Counted from the stretch's first letter, positions 11,818-24,895 are shown. The stretch: 64,000 nucleotides of DNA from Phoronis australis (GCA_002633005.1 NMRA01000197.1:293351-357350), one strand, 5' to 3'. Numbers and translations are program-made. Notes: generated by a model from the sequence alone, not told the origin.

Positions 11818-12131
11818 ACCAAATTTCATGAAAATCCGTTCAGGACTTTTGAAGATACAAAGGTAAGCGTAAAAAACTAAAATTGCCACTAGGGGGCACA
11901 TCGGTAGTCGGATCCGTCCGAAAGTTCGCACATGCCGTCCCATTCATGAATGGAACATATGTGCCAAATTTCATGAACGTATGTCGAAGGGTTTTGGAGA
12001 TAGAGCAGCGGACGCCGGACGCCGGACGCCGGACGCCGGACGGACGGACGGACGGACGGACGGACGGACGGACGGACGGACAGAGATGACGGCATAATGC
12101 GTCCACATATAAATATGTGGGCGCATAAAAA
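11818..12131 (-). mobile_element. Helentron-associated (HINE/DINE-1-like) non-autonomous element end with internal (GGAC)n/(GGACGCC)n microsatellite
   Basis: On the minus strand a T-run is followed by the hairpin ATGCGCCCACATAT..ATATGTGGACGCAT, then a (CCGT)n tract (12010-12080) and a repeated TTCATGAAATTTGG core. The element is truncated by the gap. Confidence 0.6.
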
Positions 12132-14412
12132 GGACGCGTTTATATAAGGTAATACAATTAATGTTAGTTTAAAATAATGTTTGTTACATACTTAAATGAT
12201 CTTTTTACATTGATTCTTCATCAGTACAAACCAAAAGTCCTTAAGTGTAAAGACTAGCCGCATATACAGAAAGGATGTTCAATTTCACGTTGTTTGAAAA
12301 CAGTCTTGAGAGAATAATTAATGATAATTATTTCCTTTAAAACTGCACCATAAAATGTTTGACACAGTTTTCAAAAATACGTCCCTCAATTCCGAAAATA
12401 CCCCCGGACATATATTTCATTTGACGTTTTTGAAAGATCGTTTTCCGAATATCCGCCCATTGGCCCATTTTCAGGAATGCCCGATAGTAGGACCATGCAG
12501 AAAACATGATCAGTGAATGGATTTCTATGGAAATAAAATGTGCGAAGAAAAAAATATTTTATATTCTCAGTGAATTAGTTTTAGTTAATTATCTTTCATT
12601 ATTATTCTACACTAACAGTAGTTGACATTGTTTGTCTGCACCTTACTAAAATGCGGGATGCGTGTGTATGGGTTCACGTTATTGTGGGTTTGTGCGTCAG
12701 GAGGCCTGGTGTTGTGTTTTCCCAGTTGCTCGCTTTATTATTTCGACGTCACTGCCTGTCAATGTTGAAAGTTGCTTTTGGACACAGGGAGCAGTAAATG
12801 TGATACTTCCTGGCTAGCATAATGGTAGGAGGCCAGCACCAGCCCGGTACTGACACAGGCTAACAAAACGGTACCGGATTCGGCACCGTTTGCGCAGATG
12901 TAAAAACCAAAATCAAAGCTACACCACAAGACGCCACGAGACGTGGAAAGCGGAGAGGGCACCCTTTTTAAGTGCATCGGAACACTCCACTTGCAGGGCA
13001 TGTGCTGGTGGTAGGGAAATATGGAGCACAAGCCAAAGGTATCCTAACAAAATTACCCAGAATTCCCTGTCACGAAGGCTTGGAATAGCCGAATTCATCG
13101 TTTGGAAAGTTTTCCCTTATAACTGAGAATGATAGGGAATTAATAGGTTAGTGAGTAAGGTGGCTAAACTATTCTGTAATTAGAATTTCACAGCCTGAAT
13201 AGTCAATATCAATCATTTTTGCTTTGAAAAGATTTAACCGTCATTACGGAGAAACGGCATTTTGTCTGATTTCTTTGATCTTGTACTGTATTTACTTTGC
13301 CGTGACATAAACCGAATAGCTTTTGTTGGAATGTTAATTTATATAAAAAGCTTATTTTTAATAAACAAAGCTTAATATAATATGAAACCATTTTACAGAG
13401 CTCTGTTGCAAACAGGGTTTGTAATCCATAGAAATAATTCTTTCATGTTCAATCAAACCTGAAGAACCACTTTCTAAGAGATTCAGGTCATGAAAACGCA
13501 CATATTTGACTGCCACCGTAAAATGGGTACCCGAAAAATATCAAGTGATAATAAATCTTACTCGACGTATACTGCCTAGACCCCACTTGCTCGCGCAAAT
13601 CCTAGTTGCCCGCCCTAGACATGCAGAAGTCGAGTTATCTACCTGCAACGATACACGAGACGACAAAATCTTAATTCTGGGTCATCCTCAGGCTAGAAAC
13701 ATGACTGTTATGTGGGAATACCCAGCCTCCTCTGTTTCTGAAGCAAAGCAACAAAGTACTCGACAGAGCTGTGGTGAGCTGGACTAAACCCAGGATGGAG
13801 GACATTTTTGTGGCCTCCCATCTCGAATATCATTAAATGATATTCGGAATGGGAGGCTCAAGATCACCCGTTTCCAACGTATTTGGAAACCTAAGCTATG
13901 AAAAGCTCATGAATGACATTGGAAACATTGTAATAACTAAACGAAAGTTTAGACAACTTGTTATTTACAAGTTTTCTTTTTCATCTACAACGTAGGCAAT
14001 GCCGGATTTAGACTTTGGGGGTCCCGGGCACTTCACGCTCGAGGACCCTCACTTAGCAGTGGGATTTAAGTAGAATCCAAATAAACTGTATGAATGTACA
14101 TATTCTGCTTCTGTACAACACTGCTTTTCCTACCAGTGACCAACAGACACACGCATTAGTTGTTTTGAGTTGCAATATTGGAATCAAAAGGCAGGATATG
14201 TTTTATACGTATCATGTAATCAATGATTGATGATAGAACCAAATAGATTTGTACCAATTACTCAAAACCAGAAATTTCCATCTCATGAAAGTATGAGAAC
14301 TTGTGCTGAGAGAAAGTCATGGAAATAGCCTATAGCAGGAAACATTGGGCCCGTTTCAAGAAACTGTCTAAGTCCAATACTAAGATTTGTCTTAACTTCC
14401 AAACTTTGAAAT

Positions 14413-17400
14413 TAACGAGTCAATGTACCACCTGACACACAACACATTGCAACAAAAAGTTTTGCAGTGGTTTTATGCACTACTGCGTATCCTTATTGAC
14501 AGGAAAAAAGTCTACCAAAATCTGACCACCGGAAACGGGTTAAAACAGCGTCATTTCCAAGATGGCCGTCACGACGTTTAAAAATCACCAAAAATACATA
14601 TAACTTCTTCAATAATTGAGATAGAGACATAATTTTTGGTTCTAGTCGTCTATGGTTTTAAGGGGTGAGCAACTCGCTGGTGTGGTTAAAACTAAGATAT
14701 TTGTATTTGATATGAAATTCAAGATGGCGGCTAAAATTCAAGAACAGAAATCACTGCTTTTCACTTCATCAATTATAAAGAAAAAATGATTAGATATGAC
14801 TGGTTTCTGATTGAATGATCTTAAAACATTTAGATTTGACTGATTTCTGACTGAACTACTTTAAAATATGAACACTGCATTAATATTTAATATTTAATCC
14901 AAAGCTTTGGCTTGCATAAAAGCAACAAAAAAAATTCCAGTGTATATTTGCGTACGTGCCACTGATTTTTATTTAAAAAAAAACACACAAGGAAACTAGA
15001 AGCCCAAGGCAAAATGTCAACATTTGTCTGAAGTGCCCCACAATCAACCGCAATTGTGCAGATCATCGACAATCTTGAGAAGAAATCTGTGGCTGGTCTG
15101 AAAATGTTCCATACTGCTCAGGCAATCATCAAGGCAGATCGCACTCGGTCTTGGATGATGACGTGCTAGCTGTTGGTGATGCCTTGCCAATATTTGCTGC
15201 AGCTGGACACCACACCTACCTGAAATCTGCTTACCTCTACATACAAGAAATGGCTGATAAGGAGAGCAAACACCCAGATGTGTATGCGAAGTTTCAAAAA
15301 TGGTTTTCGTATGATTCGGCGAACAAACCATTTTGGACAGGCCTCAGCTGTGATCTAGCCATTGAGAAACAATATTAAATGCGATCGCTAAAAGGCGCAG
15401 GCGGCTTGACTCATGGCAGTAAGATGACAGAGGAGCAGCAAGCTTTGTGGACAATGTTGGTCACCGTAACGTCAGAGGTGAAAATCACCTTGCAGGACTC
15501 CAATGACCTCACGTACACAACAAGCGAACAACACAAACAGGCAACTGCTGCCAGAAATGAAAGATATGAATGCGACTTTGCAAAGATAAGCACAAAACTG
15601 ACCGCATTTTCACCTTTCTCCTCAGACCCTGCGCTACGCAATGCCATCAATGGTGTTGTCGCCAACGCAAATGTCAACGTGCATGGATGTCAATCTGTTG
15701 GGAACAAAATCCCTGAGAGAATGGTTCGACAACCTGTGTTTTCTTTCTCTTTTAAGAGGAGAGAGAATGCTAAGACCCTGGGAAATGCAGCTGCAGTCCA
15801 TGTTGGTCCTGACGGAACCACTGATCCTTGCTTACTCTTCCAGCCATCCCAGGTGGTATTCCGGTAAGACGACTTGTCTCTTGAGGAAGTTGCGAGTTTT
15901 GAGCTCAGTCCACACCCACAGTCTCTCTATGAGGACAACTTGATCTTGAAGAAGGCTGACAGACCTCAACTGGCTCAAGCCGTTCATGACCGTTGTTCCA
16001 AGGCCCATGCTTTTGAAGGAGCACCAAACTCCACACCTTCAGTACGTCTCCAGACTGAAAGGTATGCGCTTGATGGGGAATCTTTTCTGCACAAGCTCAA
16101 ATGGAAAAAGAGATATACCTATGGAAAAACTGTCGGAGCATGCGCTGACTTCACGGCAAAGCACTCTGAGGCAGCCACTGTCGTCTTTGATGGTTATGGT
16201 GCAGGTCTTTCGATAAAGGATAACACAGAGACGGAGACATACCAGCAGCTATCCGACTGTGAACTTCACCGGAGAAACGGACTTTGGTGGTTAAGAGAGA
16301 TGAATTCCTATTCATTGGCAGTAACAAGCAACAACTGATCGCCTTAATAAGTGACCAGCTGCAGAAAGTGGGATGCACAACCGTTCAGGCAGAAGGGGAC
16401 GCTGATGTGGTCATTGCAAAGACAGCAGTAAACAGTAAAATATGCATTCCACCACAGTAATCGGCAAGGACACTGACTTGTTGATGCTTATGCTCCATTA
16501 CTATGAGGTTGACGGGAAATCATTATTTTTCAGATCAAGCGACCAGTCAAGAACCAATCTTAAAGTATACGGCATAAATTGGATGAGGTGTGTGCTCAGG
16601 ATTAAATTGTGTATCCAGCTACTATTCCTACCCTCCTTCACAGGATGCAACGCAAAGTCTCGGGTATATGGCGTTGGAAAGACTTCAGTCTCTCAGAAAC
16701 TCGTGAAAGATGACCAAGTCCTCCAGTCATGCACATTTACTACGAAAGGAGTAATCTCCGCTGAGAGAAACTAGGCAGCCAAGCGATGGTGGCAATGCGT
16801 GGTGGAGAGAGCACGTGTTCTCTGGTTTGCTGTGCATTACAACATATTCACAAAGAAGCTTGCTGTTGCTAAGTCTTTCGCTACTCCCGAACGTCTCCCA
16901 CCAACGGGATCATGCAGCCACCAGGTTTCATTGTCTCGAGTGTACTACCAGGTCATGGTTTGGATGGGGATGGTAAATGATCGGGATCCTTTAGACTGGG
17001 GCTGGAGACTTAAAAACAATCAATTCGTACACATCATAACTGCCATGAATGCTGCATCAGACAGTCCTCTAGATGATACACTGCAACTGTTCTACAGCTG
17101 GTAGCACGCCCCGGTGCAGTTGCAGAAAGAATGGGCTTCCATGTACATCTATGTGTAGATTGTGCCTAGCGACATATTGTGACAATCCACTAAATCAAAT
17201 TTCTGAGGAACGTGAAGACAGAGATGAGGGTTGACCTGAGGCAGTATGCATACGTGTAATGAACATGGCATTCTTGGATGAAAATGTAATCTACTCGTTC
17301 ATGCGTCATTTCGACGAATAAATACTTTATTAGCACCTGTTGTTCAGTCATTTTGATATTGACAGATGCCTTTTAGTAAAGGGAAATTTTTGAAGGCTTA

Positions 17401-18202
17401 AGTTATTGAGCATAATACAACCTATACCTTGGTACACATTCTCTGTCAGTGCATTCCAAATACTGTAGATCATTAGATTGCAGAGAGGACTTCGTGTAAA
17501 ACATGTTGTAATTAACCCCAGGTAGCTCGTTCTTATGACTTGAAAACACCATGACTTTGCAAAATGTAGCACACAACAGACTATAACAAAACCCTTGAAA
17601 ACGTACTTCTGAATAAATTTATTGCTAAGTGTCATCCTTCTTGATAATAACACTTTGTATAATTTTGTAGGCTAATTTGGCATTGACTTTTTTGATTATA
17701 AAAGTATCTTTTCTGTCTTGGAACGAAAACACAGTGTATTATTATATTTTTATGGTGTACTGACAATAGATTGATATGTACATGTGCAAAATTTCGTGCT
17801 ATTTCAATGAATGTTTTTAGAAAAAATAAAGGTTAAAGTTCGAAACGTTCCTTTGACCACCCGATACAATGGACAAATCAGTGACTTTTCGTTCTTAAAT
17901 TTTAGCCGCCATCTTGAATTTCATATCAAATACTGATCACATCTTAATTTTAACCAGCGAGTTGCTCACTCCGTAAAACCATAGACTAGAAACAAAAATT
18001 ATGTCTCTATCTCAATTATTGAAGAAATTATATCTATTTTTGGTGATTTCGAAACGTCATGGCTGCCATCTTCCGGTGGTCAGATTTTGGTAAACATTTT
18101 TCCTGTTAATGAGTATACGCAGTAGAGAACAAAACCATTGTAAAACCTTTCATTGCAATTTGTTGTGGGTCGGGTGGCTATTTGTCATAAATTGACTCGT
18201 TC
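14413..18202 (+). mobile_element. Decayed Academ (AcademX-type) DNA transposon with ~350-bp TIRs
   Basis: Long inverted repeats at ~14413-14760 and ~17875-18202 (TAACGAGTCAAT...ATTGACTCGTTC) enclose a transposase/nuclease pseudogene. Confidence 0.75.
15040..17234 (+). pseudogene. Frameshifted C-terminal half of an Academ-type transposase: helical region, XPG/FEN1-like nuclease and Cys-rich (CXC-like) tail
   Basis: Consecutive ORF fragments: LPIFAAAGHHTYLKSAYLYIQEM, DLAIEK, MRSLKGAGGLTHG, FELSPHPQSLY, VVFDGY, QAEGDADVVIA, IGKDTDLL, SFTGC..SRVYGVGK, PERLPPT, RVYYQVMVW, PLDWGW, and IHCNC..PRCSCRKNGLPCTSMCRLC..CDN (~17075-17190). Multiple stops and frameshifts are present. Confidence 0.8.
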
Positions 18203-18791
18203 AAAACATACACATTCGGTAAGGTAGTCACAATTAAGACAAAACTGATGTCAAAAACTTAATTCAAACTTAAGATCTCTTTCTTGAAACGGTCTTGAGA
18301 CAAATTTAAATTTTACCTTAAAATTTACTAAAATTTAAGTCAGTTTTGTTGAAACGGGTCCCTTTTCTGCACTTCTCAGTAGCGCGGTCAGTTTGTCATG
18401 CGTCACGGTCGTTCTGAAACGTTTCGTTGTTAGTGCCAGTCGTCTGAATGATCGCTTCGCTGAACAGCTAGTCACCATAATTCACAAAAATACCCCTCTC
18501 TCTCCAAGGAACATTATGAATTCAACGACACGTCGAAGACCTAAGCCCAATATTGCTGGTTTTCTTGTTTTTTCTTTAGAACGAAGATTAAATTTTAACA
18601 CACAGCCTTTATGAGCTTGATTATATTCGTAAATTTTCATCTTCAGCAGCCAGTTATCGATTGAAACCACCTTCACTGTAAAATCTGTTTCGCTGACTGC
18701 ACATCAAAGTACAATAAAACAATAGACTGTGCCTTTGGGACTACTGTAAAAAAGCTCTTTGGAAATCTTATTTTTGCAATGGTTATCTTAA

Positions 18792-19141
18792 AAGGATACT
18801 AAACCCTGTTCAGCCAATCCTCGTTCTGTCACCCGCTTATTCATCATTGATGCCAATCATGAAAGATAAAAGTAGGAATCAACTAAAAACTTATACACCC
18901 TATGTCACATATTAGGTATTATGGTTCTTGTTGAATGGTCTTTCTCCACAGTTGCCCTGTAATTCGCTAAAAGCGTAAGTCACGCTTGTCCGATCATTAG
19001 ACTTCGAAATGAGTTTTCAAATTTTCTTCCAAACTTTTGAGGGTTGTCGTGGGTTGTAGAACATTATTTTGTTTCAGGGAATTAGATTGGAATGTCGTTT
19101 TCAATATCTGTTAATAGGCCAAAACCGGGTTTGGTATCCTT
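18792..19141 (+). mobile_element. Kolobok-like MITE, copy 1 (TIR AAGGATAC(T/C)AAACCC; TTAA/TTAG flanks)
   Basis: 15-bp TIRs, TTAA at 18788-18791, and internal similarity to 49666-49987. Confidence 0.7.
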
Positions 19142-19264
19142 TTAGTATTCCATTCAAAAGCGGGCCCCTATAAATCCGGCACTGGTGGGTCTATACTTCT
19201 AGACTGGGAAATGGGCTCGTTTTATGATTGTAAAGGAAAGTCACGCTCAAGACAAACACATCGA

Positions 19265-19309
<45 letters not shown>

Positions 19310-19360
19310 TACTATCATTATCATTATCATTACCAATACCATTACCATTGTTATTATTAA
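19265..19360. repeat. (ATT)n microsatellite degenerating to (ATC)/(ACC)
   Basis: Direct reading. Confidence 0.95.
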
Positions 19361-20192
19361 CATTTATTGTCTATTGAAACTTTAAACAATTGTCAAGTGT
19401 TTTTAATGTCACGATTGCGGCGGCTAACAATGCACTGACAATTTTGTATTAAAGTTTGACAGACGTACACCTGCGCCACGACGAGACTTCGAAGGCACAG
19501 CTTTTTGGTTGGAGTGTGGTTCGCACCCGGCGCCTCCTGTTGTGAGCAGGCACATAAGCGATTTCGAAGATTGCGTTGCCCTCGGCGAACTGTGGGTTTG
19601 AACGATAAGTCCCCGAGTGGGAGGACCAGCATGATTAGCTAAATAGCAGATCACAAGTAATGAATTAATTACGAGAATCCGGGTTTTGTGTTAACATCGT
19701 TACACAGCACTTAAGTATCGAAGTGCATCGACAGCAAGTTTGCAATTTCTAGCAAAGAATAAGTGGTGAACAGTACACCACTTTCACCTATTCGCAAGTC
19801 CTGGCAGCGTCAGTGAAAAGGTTGAGACTTAATTAAAACTCACTACGCAGTTGGCAAGGAAATGAGGTAAATTTGATCAGTCGTTGATCAGCAGTTATCG
19901 ACGTATTGCGAAGTCCGTGGCCTATACGTAATTAGCGCGTGTATACACGAACCACACGAAGTGACTCGGGAGTTGCACTTAAAATTTCTGCACCTGAGCT
20001 CATGGATCGCCTTTTGCCAACGTCGCTCGATAGCGATTAGTCAACCGGCGAAACTTCTGTCGTCTGCGTAACTGGAACTATATACAGTAGTGTCGTAGCA
20101 ATATCGTACAGATCACCGGTGCATTTTCTTCAAAGGTACAGACTGTTATACAAGGCGTATTATCCAAGTTCGTTTAGCATGCGGCATGGACG

Positions 20193-20377
20193 ATGTTAGT
20201 TATTCCGAATGGCTTTATACATAGACATGCAAGGCAATATAGTGAGGGCAAGGGCTGTAAGGATGTGTTTAACGCCTGCTGTTTAGTTTGCTTCTCTGTT
20301 ACACTGATTACTATCGGAGCAATTTTGGTTATTGTCGGATACACATATGTGGCGCCGGAGAATTTAAGCGGAGACCG
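20193..20377 (+). CDS. Putative small two-TM membrane protein, coding exon 1
   Basis: MLVIPNG...CKDVFNACCLVCFSVTLITIGAILVIVGYTYVAPENLSGD contains a clear TM helix and ends at a consensus donor CG|GTAAGT (phase 2). Confidence 0.65.
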
Positions 20378-20648
20378 GTAAGTAGATTTCTATACTTAGC
20401 AAACTCCATTTTCCTGTTATGCTGTTAAAACGGATTAAAAAACAAATCGACGTTTTTTGTGGGCATGCGATCGATTGTTAAACTAAGCGCTACTCGGGTT
20501 TAAATGTTATTACTTACTGTGCAGTGTCAATAGGGCATTCCCAAACTGGGAAACTTAGGAAGTTTTCCTGGAATTCATTTGTGACAGATCACACTATACA
20601 GTAAATGACGTCTGCGTCAAAAAAACTTGTTTTTATTACCGATAAAGA

Positions 20649-20804
20649 CAGTGGTGTAGTGGGGCGTAGGCGCACGTAGGCGCAGCCAACCACCTTTTGA
20701 CATTTGAACGTAGCGCCTACGCACCGTAACTTTCGTTCAGTACTCAAGGTGATACGTTGGGCTTTGGGCGCCTACTTACCTCCAATTTTACCACTACAGC
20801 ACTG
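20649..20804. mobile_element. Small MITE (CAGTGGTGTAGTGG...CCACTACAGCACTG)
   Basis: 14-bp TIR with one mismatch; CCGATAAA is repeated near both ends. Confidence 0.6.
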
Positions 20805-21953
20805 CCGATAAACGTTGTCAAAAATACACATTCTCGGTGCTAATAGATGTAAAATATGAAAACACACCTTCTTCTGAGGCGCTGACCGTCCAGCCTTACG
20901 AATGTTACTGAATGATAAAGAAAACGCAATTTGTACTTACACCATATTTAGTGGAAACGTAAAATTGGTTTGGCAGGTGGCCCGATCCCTGTTATGGCGC
21001 ATTATACCGCGAGTTACGGGGCCTGGCGCTCAATCTGCACAAAACAACCGTGACGAAATGACGAACTTGTTTGGTGCTCATGAGTTGCTTGTTGTCGCTA
21101 TGTCGTGGACGATTGCGTTATTTTTTAAGATATTTGGTATTTGTTCTTTTTCATGAATGTCCCCCTGCTCTACAGTAGCATCTAGTAAACGTGTTGCTAG
21201 GAAAAAAGAATTTCAAGTGGAAGAAAAAAATCAACAAAAAGCATTTCTGTTTTTGATTTTGAACAGAGCTGCACACTTAGCTCATCAATAAACCGTAGTA
21301 ACACCACTGACGTTTAGAATTGATGATTTCATTACGGAATGCGAGGGCCGGTGTTGAACATTCCACTTGCAGCAACACAAGAGTGAACACGGTGGCAGTG
21401 AGACAACTCTAATGGAGATTGTTTTTTGAAAGCGCATTTGGTCAATTTAGTGTATTTTAGTTACTCCGATGTGTATTGGTAATCTTTTTTCTCAATTTTT
21501 ATGAGAACGATATTGTGTGGCGATGTGAGAAAATCGCACTTCCTTAGTTGCGCTGGGTGAATCGGCTGAGACACCCGACTGGTTTTCGATGATGGCTTTC
21601 GGCATGTAGACGAACCAGGTGTCTTAGACGGTTCACTGGTCTAGTGATCAAGAGCAACAAATGTTTGTCTGAATCGCTGTTGCATGAGCTGCGTTTTGTA
21701 GACCCGAGACATTAGCCAGGCACTTGCGTCCAGAACTATTCGCTACGATAGAAAACAGTGGGTTCTATCCCATAATTCAGCATTCCAACCTCAACGACCA
21801 ATCACTTCACTGAGTTCCCGCCGTGTTGATCAGTCACACAAGTAAGGTCTCGAGCACTTGCCTTTCATTCGCGTGATTTTGCCTGATCTTGCGTGATCTG
21901 CCTTTACTTGTCAAAAACAATTAGTTCTATGGAACGAATTTCTGTTTCGGGTA

Positions 21954-22358
21954 CCGGTATTTTCCGTAGATAAGGCCATGGGCGTGTATTCGGAAACTGA
22001 AAAATTTCAAACGTTTTAGTAACACCAAATAAACGCCCGGGCGTTTATTCGGAAAGGGGGGACTCGTAAACAGAAAGTCACTGATTTTCTGTCGTTTGAC
22101 ACTTTTTACTTAAAAACGCGTTTTTTCATTTTATGTTAATAAATGCATAGTTCGCCAGGACGTTTTTGTAAATGATAAATGCTCCACAAAATTGAATTTG
22201 TGACTAAACTTAGAGGCGTTGTGGGCTTTCAAGTGGAACTTTTCTGAATAAATGCCCCACTATCTGGACACTTGATACCAGTTGTAACACCAAATAAACA
22301 CCCATGGACATTTATTCGGCATGGTTTTACGGGTGGGCTTATCTACGAAAAACGCCGG
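21954..22358. mobile_element. TA-flanked MITE (pogo/mariner-like)
   Basis: TA|CCGGTATTTTCCGTAGATAAG ... CTTATCTACGAAAAACGCCGG|TA, with internal subterminal AATAAACRCCC..GGGCGTTTATT palindromes. Confidence 0.7.
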
Positions 22359-23881
22359 TACCCATTGCTCAAAAAGGTTGTATATGGCCCGCGGGGCCTG
22401 TGTCTGAAAACATGTGGGTCTCTCGCCTACGAATAAAGGCGAGGGACAACTTACTCAGGCTGATTGACGTTTTCAGAGTATGCTCTGTCTCTCACCGCTA
22501 CCGGTGACTTTATTGATTTCATTTTGACAGAAATCTACTGAAAATGTTATTGTAAGTAACACATGCCAAATTCGCCTAATTAGCTTCAAAAAGGAATCTT
22601 CCTCCTTGAAGTAAATGTCACTGATTAGCACATCTTTAACGGGTGGAGACCCATTGATTTACATCACTTTCATAACAGTTAGCTAAGTCAGATGAATATT
22701 CATCAAAGCTGACGATGAATTGTTAAATCACCACTTGAAAAGATCGCGTTGATTACTCGTTAATTCGACTTTGGCAATGCTTCAGTGAGATTCAAAAGGA
22801 ACTATTACGTGAATGAACCAAACTAGACATGCTTGGCTGTGTTTTCAAGTGTCGTCAGATGATCTAATGGATAAACCCTGTACTAACATGCCGATTTCTG
22901 AGTTATACATGTAAGTAGCTCTCTGGTTTCGTTATGTCTTTGATGAGTACATAACGATGGGTTTTCTAACATAAGTAATTGAACGACTCCACGTTCATTT
23001 TTTGAAGAGAGTTAACGACCACCTGGCGTTAGCTATAGAGCCGTTGAGAGCGTCATGTTGCTATTTCGCGAGGTAAAGGTACGAATGTCCACATGTCCAA
23101 TTGTAGACACCATTTTACATTTTACATTGGAAAATTATTTTTACTGTACTTCATTGTTCGCAATTTTCACTAGTTGCTCAGGCTTTGGGAACCATGTGAA
23201 CACGACAAACGTGTGATACAAGAGTTTACATAAAACTTTTTGATGAGAACTGAACTGTAATGGTTACAACGTGTAACTTATGGTAACAAAAAGCTCCCAT
23301 TTCTTGCGTTGGATTCCTGAATTTTGTTTCATTCACACTGTGAGTCAATTTTCAATATAGAGAATGTCGCAAATCCTGTTTAAAATTGCAAACGCGGGGC
23401 AGTCAAACGTAGAACAGACAGGCCGAGCATTCAGATATATACATCACAAGTAGTACATTAAAAGCGTTTTTCGACATTTTAATATGATTTGTTGACAGAA
23501 ACCTTGTTTCACGTACTTGTCTGGATGGTGAAATGGGTCAGTAAATGCCCAGATCAACCTCTCTGCCTACTTTAGCCGGATTGAGTGCAAAACCTCGCCA
23601 AATACTCCCTTTACGCTGACACTTCCTCACATGCGTTTTCCTTTCCCTGGTACAAATTTTGTCTCTCTATGAACTTTTGACTTGTTTTCTTGGCGCATGC
23701 TGATTATTGAAATTCCTTTATTCCTGGATAATAGCTGTACATGATTCACTTCCCCTGTTCTGCAGCGTCAACAGGCATCGACATCCGATTTACTTGTAAA
23801 CCAGAAGACATCAACACTGAACAACCAATCAGAAGTGATTGCCCGTTGACCCGGCTGAACACGCCGAGTGAGTCAAGAGTG

Positions 23882-24090
23882 CATGCGCGCACCCAGCCCT
23901 CAATATGGGGGGCTCGAATTCCTGACGTTGTGGACCTTTCAGTAACAACAACATAGACTGTGGATTAAAAAAAAAAAAACGGGGGCAATACTGTCCATTG
24001 CGCGTTTGCGCTTGTTTAATGGACTTTTGTCTCATTTTTCGGACATTTTGTTTCTCGGGGGCGGACCTTTTTGCCCACTTCGCGGCCAAT
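23882..24090 (+). mobile_element. Partial CATGCGCGCACCC-family MITE, related to 36479-36745
   Basis: Shares the left end and the GCGGACCTTTTTGCCCA block with the 36.5-kb copy. Confidence 0.55.
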
Positions 24091-24579
24091 TTTAGTGTTT
24101 TAGTGCCGGAAGTGTCTTATAACCAAGCGTTTTACTTGTAAAAATGTCTTTTTAAAAAATGATTGTCTATGCGATCGCGACGAGCGGTCAGCTACTGGAA
24201 TTCCACGGGTTTCTACCTGTGCAGTTCCATTAAAAACGGGGACGGGCATAGTGAAGCGTGAGAGCCGTCTCAGTAATTCTACAAATGATAACGAAATTAC
24301 ACAAGGAAAGGAAGGCTAAACCGTGTCTGATATTCACTTATATGTGTTATGTAGACTAAACAGTTTCTCAGTGAAATGTCTAGAGGTTGGAATTAATACA
24401 CGATACACATCCATTACTAAAACATCGCCCCCCTAACGGTTTGGTGCATACCGTTTATACAGTGTTTGACCTATTCATTACGAGGCGATTTACATCGATC
24501 CAGCTTTCAGATTCCCTCAATGATAATAGTCCATAATTAATCTCGCTCATCAATTCCAAGGGGGGATTCGCTGTAGCTG

Positions 24580-24895
24580 TAGCTAAATTCCAGCCACGAT
24601 CTCCTAAGTACCAGTTCCAGATACAATAGACACCACATTCGCGGTACTATTCCCCAGACCTGCACCTTTAAACCTCATACAAGCGCCAAATATGTTCAAT
24701 ACACGATGACCGAACTCCAGTCCCATCGGCTGATTTCATGGAATCTTGTCTCATGGAGAGAAGTTAAGTAACCGAGAATAGAACAGTTTTTGCACACGTA
24801 TGGAGTTTAGGGGTGCGGGTCTGGGGATTTCTATCGCGGGTTTGGTATCTGCTGGTTCGGGATTAGGGTTTAGGGATCGTAGTTGGATTTAGATG
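24580..24895. repeat. Diverged fold-back element (~120-bp arms)
   Basis: TCCCCAGACCTGCACCTTTAAAC pairs with GTTTAGGGGTGCGGGTCTGGGGA, and the outer arms also pair imperfectly. Confidence 0.5.

Larger units (their letters stand above)
14347..18362. mobile_element. GGGCCCGTTTCA-type MITE (PIF/Harbinger-like) split by the Academ insertion
   Basis: Left GGGCCCGTTTCAAGAAACTG, right CAGTTTTGTTGAAACGGGTCCC. AT-rich TTAAG-containing internal parts lie at 14347-14412 and 18203-18362. Confidence 0.55.
13997..19184. mobile_element. Outer TIR element (CA(A/G)TGCCGGATTTA...TAAATCCGGCACTG) hosting nested insertions
   Basis: 14-bp TIR with one mismatch; flanks GTAGG/GTGGG form an imperfect 5-bp TSD. Confidence 0.55.

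Noticed and set aside
11840-12106. SVRP/DGRT repeat ORFs
   Set aside because: They are translations of the (GGAC)n microsatellite.
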